This document shows, piece after piece, positions 59,601 through 64,000 of a stretch of 64,000 nucleotides of DNA. Within the stretch, counting starts at the first letter, position 1, and the number at the start of each line of letters is the position of its first letter. The notes under the pieces are model-generated. The model searched no databases. It saw only the letters and a list, made by a program, of their open reading frames with translations, and was not told the origin of the DNA. This DNA comes from an uncultured Planctomycetota bacterium (GTDB lineage Bacteria > Planctomycetota > Phycisphaerae > UBA1845 > Fen-1342), in the NCBI GenBank assembly GCA_900696525.1, contig CAADGL010000004.1:32471-96470 (forward strand), written 5' to 3'. The position numbers were made by a program, and so were the translations under genes.

Positions 59601-60082
59601 CTGCCCAGATTCGTGAAGATGCTCGCCGCGCGGGCCTGCCCGCGGGCTTCCGCCACGAGATGCTCTCCATGCACATCGCCGAGCATGCGAACAACGACGG
59701 CAAGTCTTTGCTGGACGGCCTGCCGGACGACTTGCACGACCTCGTCCTGCACCTCATCGCCAGCCACCACGGTCATGCTCGCCCCTTCGCCCCCGTCGTG
59801 GTTGACAAGAATCCTCCACCGCTGCCGACATTCGAGCTCCGGTGCGAAAGTTCATCCTCCGACGCCAACGTGAAACTCCCTGCCATCGACGCAGGTCAGC
59901 GCGCCGAATGGGAGCGGTGCCCCGCCCATCGGCTCGACTCCGGCGTCTGCGACCGCTTCTGGACGCTCACTCGCCGTTACGGCTGGTGGGGCCTGGCCTA
60001 CCTGGAGGCGATCCTGCGCCTGGCCGACCGCGCGGCGAGCCGCGAAGAGGAGCAGAGTCCTAGCAGGAGCACCGGCAGATGA
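56672..60082 (+). CDS. cas3: Cas3 helicase-nuclease with C-terminal HD domain
   Basis: Walker A PTASGKT, DEAH box LLDEAHC, helicase C region, and C-terminal HD motifs LHDHGKLD, FRHEMLS and ASHHGHARP. ATGA overlaps with both neighbouring genes. Confidence 0.93.
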   Translation: MSALPTLEASEFAAFFMALNGVDPFPWQQRLLDDFVAGKWLDAENNPQQWPAAMALPTASGKTACIDIALFHLALQADLPPNERTAPRRIFFCVDRRVIVDEAHQRALMIAMRLQAAARNASIDGDVLSRVASRLRHLAGSDQAAPLAVHQLRGGMFRDDAWATSPLQPTVICTTVDQLGSRLLFRAYGVSPHSASIHAGLAANDALVLLDEAHCAEPFRQTLNAVRLFRGAKWAERPLPSPFAFVEMSATPRSEGQRFELDVSDRGHAELKKRLEASKPAKLLPSASSTNDNDFTPKFASELVKHVAEQVKADSKRIAVMVNRVPTAQAVYAALEKASRTATPDSPEQTDPVAESKKTEPIACDRVLMIGRMRPLDRDDLVRLWQPKLKATPGSNERRETHQKPIVVVATQCLEVGANLDFDALITEAASLDALRQRFGRLNRLGRDESCHAVIVAPKDAIKDGADDPIYGPAIANTWNWMHKHAQPAADGVSRTAATATTGAAKPRRTSRKSAAAAEATKMIDFGVNAIAASLPTNADERAKLLKALSPPAPDAPVMLPAHLDLWCQTAPVPDPDPDVSIFLHGPQRGVPTVSVCWRADLGDDSEKWAEIVSLLPPSSPECMPVPLHLVRKWIKHEPAQPTDDTGDVEQAAQGDDRDDRQGTSGEPRYVLRWRGNPRERESETCPTNDPNDLRPGDVVVIPAAWAHTCSFGHLPRITSEWTQQKDGDKENEKLRQPLPDSIATPLDRAEQANLIARRRLALRLTPQFVESRPDPRDDENRPVIPARCELLSLLQDPETRERLGEPDVAGQLKATLRDLSRQLKDGAKAKGVDTESAWLRVLIAATTTRALRAEVVGHPAGGLVVRSRRRIGERALRAAGLIPGELEAGVGDEDERSLAAPRPVALEAHVSAVANQAKTFARAGGAKGLADAVCRAALLHDHGKLDPRFQAYLLGAGCLAVNARAPLAKSGRSPTPAQIREDARRAGLPAGFRHEMLSMHIAEHANNDGKSLLDGLPDDLHDLVLHLIASHHGHARPFAPVVVDKNPPPLPTFELRCESSSSDANVKLPAIDAGQRAEWERCPAHRLDSGVCDRFWTLTRRYGWWGLAYLEAILRLADRAASREEEQSPSRSTGR

Positions 60083-61041
60083 GCAGCTCGAATCCGCAGC
60101 ACGAACTCGTTCTCAGCGGCCTCGACGGCGCGAACCCGCTGGGTTTCCTGGCGGCCTTGGGCACGCTCCGGACTGCGACTCGCGCGTTCAACTCCCAACC
60201 GGTGAGAATGCGCTGGGAGCAGCACGGCGGTTGGCGCCCGGTCCTGATCTCGCCGATCGACACGCCGGACGCGCTTGCCGACGCGCTCCACGATTGCCTG
60301 ACTCAGCCCCACAAATGCGAGACGTGTGGGGAGCGCCACTCCCATGCTTCCGCGCTCTGCGTTGGCGACGACCTTGCGCTACCAGCCGAGCAGTTTCGCC
60401 AGACGGCGTTGAGTTTCCGCGCCGGGGATCGTGAGGCCGTCGCGTTTCTCGCGGCCTTCGGAAGCGACGCCGTCATGAACAGCAAGAAGCAGTCTGTGAT
60501 CCAGGACACCGCTTTCCGGACGATGAGCGGCGCTGGACACCAGCACTTTCTCAAGTTCGCTCGCAACATCTGCTCGGCGTGCACGCGCGACCACATCAAG
60601 CGAGACCTCTTCGAAACCTGGCGATATGCCGACCCGGTGCAGAATCACACGCTCCGGCTGGACCCTCTTGACGACGCCCGCTACGCGCTGCGCTGGTCCG
60701 ACCCGAGCGGCGACCCGACGCGCCAGCAACGAGGGTCGGTGTATGGCGCCAACCGGCTCGCGATCGAAGCGCTTCCGCTGTTTGCGTGCGTGCCGCGTCG
60801 AGGGATTCTTCGCACGATCGGATTCGTCGAGAACAAGACCACCGGCGTTTGGTTTCGCTGGCCGATCTGGACGCAGCCGCTGTCGCTCGACGCCGTACGA
60901 TCACTGCTTACGCTCTCGACGGATCCAGCGAACGCTTCCCGTTCCGAGGCGTTGCGTGCCCGCGGCGTTGTCGAGTCCTTCGAGAGCCGTCGCCTGACGG
61001 TCGGCAAATTCAGGTGCTTTTCGCCGGCGCGGCCAGTATGA
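60079..61041 (+). CDS. Cas8u-like large-subunit candidate (Csb3/Csx17-like N-terminus), unusually short
   Basis: The position (last gene of the effector operon) and the N-terminal LSGLDGANPLGFLAALGTLR resemble the Csx17/Csb3 N-terminal motif as I remember it. Only 320 aa. Confidence 0.55.
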   Translation: MSSSNPQHELVLSGLDGANPLGFLAALGTLRTATRAFNSQPVRMRWEQHGGWRPVLISPIDTPDALADALHDCLTQPHKCETCGERHSHASALCVGDDLALPAEQFRQTALSFRAGDREAVAFLAAFGSDAVMNSKKQSVIQDTAFRTMSGAGHQHFLKFARNICSACTRDHIKRDLFETWRYADPVQNHTLRLDPLDDARYALRWSDPSGDPTRQQRGSVYGANRLAIEALPLFACVPRRGILRTIGFVENKTTGVWFRWPIWTQPLSLDAVRSLLTLSTDPANASRSEALRARGVVESFESRRLTVGKFRCFSPARPV

Positions 61042-61263
61042 TGTTTGACAAGTGAACACCGTGGTTGTTTCGCGCAACGGCCCGCGAGCGTGATGGTGGT
61101 GAAGGGGGGGTGCCGGGGACGCTCGCACGAACGGAGATCATTTAGAATTGGAGACTTACGACCTATCACGGGATCGAACTCAACCGAACGAAAGCCAACC
61201 AAGCGGCCCGTACTCGCCCGCACTTGCGCAACTGGCTGGTATCTTGGAGGTTGCGAGTACGGC
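61042..61263 (+). promoter_or_regulatory. CRISPR leader region
   Basis: A 222-nt non-coding stretch between the last cas gene and the first repeat. It includes an AT-richer core (GAGATCATTTAGAATTGGAGACTTACGACCTATCAC). Confidence 0.6.
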
Positions 61264-63942
61264 GTCTCCGCGGCTCACGAGCCGCGGCCCCATTGAAGCG
61301 TGACGAGCGTTGACGCTCGCATGCGTCAGCGGGTGGTCTCCGCGGCTCACGAGCCGCGGCCCCATTGAAGCAGCGCCTCGGCGCGCGCCACGTCACCGCG
61401 CCGCTCGTCTCCGCGGCTCACGAGCCGCGGCCCCATTGAAGCTCCGGGTTTTTCGTAGAAATCGCCAGGTCCAGATCGTCTCCGCGGCTCACGAGCCGCG
61501 GCCCCATTGAAGCCTGGCGGCGTACTGGGCTTTTGTGGCGGCGTTTTTTGGTCTCCGCGGCTCACGAGCCGCGGCCCCATTGAAGCCGCTGCCCGGTCAA
61601 CAGCCCGGCCGACGCCGAGTGTCTCCGCGGCTCACGAGCCGCGGCCCCATTGAAGCGGGCTGAGCGAGATCGATCTGATTCGCTCGCTCGTCTCCGCGGC
61701 TCACGAGCCGCGGCCCCATTGAAGCTCAAGCTGCGGCGGGCGCTTCGGCAGAAAAGACCGGATGTCTCCGCGGCTCACGAGCCGCGGCCCCATTGAAGCC
61801 GATACGGCCCCAGCACTTCGCAGGCCGACTCGTAGGAGTCTCCGCGGCTCACGAGCCGCGGCCCCATTGAAGCGCCACCTCGACGGGCGGGCAAGGCCTG
61901 GAGGCGGCGGTCTCCGCGGCTCACGAGCCGCGGCCCCATTGAAGCCAGGCCGAGCTGGAGCAGAGGGTAGGTGAGGTCGATGGTCTCCGCGGCTCACGAG
62001 CCGCGGCCCCATTGAAGCTGGCGACATGGGCCGGGCGCTCGGTCGTGCGGAGGGTCTCCGCGGCTCACGAGCCGCGGCCCCATTGAAGCGGCCTCGTTGC
62101 GTATTGCGTCGGGCGATGACTGCCGTCTCCGCGGCTCACGAGCCGCGGCCCCATTGAAGCCGGTACGGCCTCAGTACGTCGCGGGCCTCGCTGTAGCGTC
62201 TCCGCGGCTCACGAGCCGCGGCCCCATTGAAGCATCTCCTTCTCACAGGCTCGCGACCTGGTACAGGACGTCTCCGCGGCTCACGAGCCGCGGCCCCATT
62301 GAAGCTTCGCGCTGCCGCCTGTGTCGTTGGCCACCCCCGGTCTCCGCGGCTCACGAGCCGCGGCCCCATTGAAGCAGCGCCTCGGCGCGCGCCACGTCAC
62401 CGCGCCGCTCGTCTCCGCGGCTCACGAGCCGCGGCCCCATTGAAGCCGACGCTGCCACGCCAACACCGCCTGCCCACTACGGTCTCCGCGGCTCACGAGC
62501 CGCGGCCCCATTGAAGCTGTACACCACCCGCCCGCCGCCGGACTCGGGACGGGTCTCCGCGGCTCACGAGCCGCGGCCCCATTGAAGCACGGGATGAGTC
62601 GCGGGGTGGTTGAGAAGCTCCTCGTCTCCGCGGCTCACGAGCCGCGGCCCCATTGAAGCGCGGCGGGCTGCCGCACCGCGAACGGGGCGGCGCGATGGTC
62701 TCCGCGGCTCACGAGCCGCGGCCCCATTGAAGCCCATGCACCTCGCTCGTACCGCTCCACGCGGTCAGTCTCCGCGGCTCACGAGCCGCGGCCCCATTGA
62801 AGCACAGATACTCAGCCGGGCGTCAAGCGGATTTCCGGGTGTCTCCGCGGCTCACGAGCCGCGGCCCCATTGAAGCAACCCCGCTTTGCGTGGTGGCGGC
62901 ATGAATCTCAGTCTCCGCGGCTCACGAGCCGCGGCCCCATTGAAGCGATGCGAGCGGCTATCCAGCGACTGGAGGAGCTCGTCTCCGCGGCTCACGAGCC
63001 GCGGCCCCATTGAAGCGTCTCGTCGCCATAGAGCACGAGCCGGTCCCGGTAGTCTCCGCGGCTCACGAGCCGCGGCCCCATTGAAGCGCTGAGGACATCG
63101 AGGCTGCGGAGCAGGCCGGGGCCTGTCTCCGCGGCTCACGAGCCGCGGCCCCATTGAAGCCTGAGGTGGACGCCGTCCAGCTCCGCTCGGAGGGTCTCCG
63201 CGGCTCACGAGCCGCGGCCCCATTGAAGCTTTCGGCGGGTGATTGGGGGGTCGTACACACAGCGTCTCCGCGGCTCACGAGCCGCGGCCCCATTGAAGCC
63301 GGTGATGACCAGCGTGGGCATGCGGGCATAATAGCAGTCTCCGCGGCTCACGAGCCGCGGCCCCATTGAAGCCTCGCAGATCGGGCAGGGCTTGCCCACC
63401 GAACCCGGGTCTCCGCGGCTCACGAGCCGCGGCCCCATTGAAGCCGGAGAAGGCCGCAAAATTGATCCGCCGCCGAAACGCGTCTCCGCGGCTCACGAGC
63501 CGCGGCCCCATTGAAGCGCCCTGAGGGTCTTGTTTCGGATCCGTTCGCGCTGTCTCCGCGGCTCACGAGCCGCGGCCCCATTGAAGCCTAATCGTCACCG
63601 ACTCCTCGCCGATGAATTCGGGTCTCCGCGGCTCACGAGCCGCGGCCCCATTGAAGCAGGCCGCTGAGGAGCTGTACCCGCGATCGGCCGTCTCCGCGGC
63701 TCACGAGCCGCGGCCCCATTGAAGCGCCTCTGGCCACCGCTTCCACCACGCCTCGATCTGGTCTCCGCGGCTCACGAGCCGCGGCCCCATTGAAGCTGCT
63801 TGATTCGTTCGCGCTGCCGCTGGTCCCTGGCCGTCTCCGCGGCTCACGAGCCGCGGCCCCATTGAAGCGCAGCGAGTACGAGGTGCCGCCGTCGTAGTTC
63901 CGCCACGTCTCCGCGGCTCACGAGCCGCGGCCCCATTGAAGC
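61264..63942 (+). CRISPR. CRISPR array: 38 identical 36-nt repeats (GTCTCCGCGGCTCACGAGCCGCGGCCCCATTGAAGC) and 37 spacers of 32-38 nt
   Basis: All repeat coordinates were counted by hand. The repeat has an internal 8-bp hairpin (CCGCGGCT/AGCCGCGG) and a 3' ATTGAAGC typical of a type I crRNA 5' handle, so transcription is on the + strand, co-directional with the cas genes. Confidence 0.99.
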
Positions 63943-64000
63943 CTGAACGCGATGAGGACGACGCTTGCACCGGCAGCGGAGCCTCGCTCGAGGTCGTTCA

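Noticed and set aside
61045-61073. Perfect TTGACA in the CRISPR leader as the array promoter
   Set aside because: No acceptable -10 hexamer lies 16-18 nt downstream (TTTCGC). The real leader promoter cannot be assigned from sequence alone.
61264-63942. Opposite orientation of the CRISPR array (transcription on the minus strand)
   Set aside because: On the + strand the repeat ends with ATTGAAGC after the hairpin, the usual type I 5'-handle arrangement. The array is also co-directional with the cas operon, and the mini-array shows the same polarity.
61166-63970. Many 60-120-aa ORFs across the CRISPR array on both strands
   Set aside because: Their periodic peptides (SAAHEPRPH, GPRLVSRGD, NGAAAREPRR, LQWGRGS) are simply translations of the 36-nt repeat.
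1-64000. Mobile-element hallmarks (integrase, transposase, tRNA attachment sites, terminal inverted repeats around the CRISPR island) and rRNA/tRNA genes
   Set aside because: Nothing recognisable was found in any frame or intergenic region. The only inverted repeat of note (17589-17833) encloses no ORF.

Overview
High-GC bacterial chromosomal segment. The gene content (PEP-CTERM proteins, dockerin-like tails, FG-GAP and NHL propellers, TMTC-like TPR membrane proteins) suggests a Planctomycetota-like organism, but that is inference only. Positions 1-52.4 kb are mostly housekeeping and envelope genes: prkA, a DtxR-type regulator with a ferritin-like gene, gcdH, gyrA, two tandem 7Fe ferredoxins, galE, an M24 peptidase, HMG-CoA lyase, ahcY, a phoB/phoR-like pair with pstB and an ABC-2 permease, an IscA-type protein, two tandem TPR membrane proteins, an MtfA-like peptidase, and the classic SRP-RNA/dnaX/ybaB/recR cluster. 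They are followed by two PEP-CTERM paralogs and ABC transporter components. From about 52.6 kb to the window end lies a CRISPR-Cas island. It holds a four-gene, translationally coupled type I-G/I-U-like effector operon (Csb1/Cas7, Csb2/Cas5-6, Cas3 with a C-terminal HD domain, and a short Cas8u-like protein). No cas1, cas2 or cas4 is visible. The operon is followed by an array of 38 identical 36-nt repeats (61264-63942). The most interesting signal lies upstream of the cas operon. A degenerate two-repeat mini-array (52596-52702) carries a pseudo-spacer whose first 17 nt match a site at 52775-52791, with the only mismatch at position 6. That site follows a TTA in the PAM position, inside the putative promoter/5'UTR of an ECF-sigma-like gene (52809-53378). 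This looks like a CreA/CreR-type Cascade-guiding regulatory RNA wired to a sigma-like gene. Other notable points: an A10 slippery run in dnaX with nearby stops in both alternative frames; a duplicated spacer and a pair of homologous spacers in the array; a complex 500-bp repeat block between convergent genes; a dispersed 80-nt intergenic element; and a frameshifted lipoprotein gene. I found no rRNA, tRNA, transposase or integrase. Many long ORFs in the track are antisense shadows typical of high-GC DNA and were not annotated.
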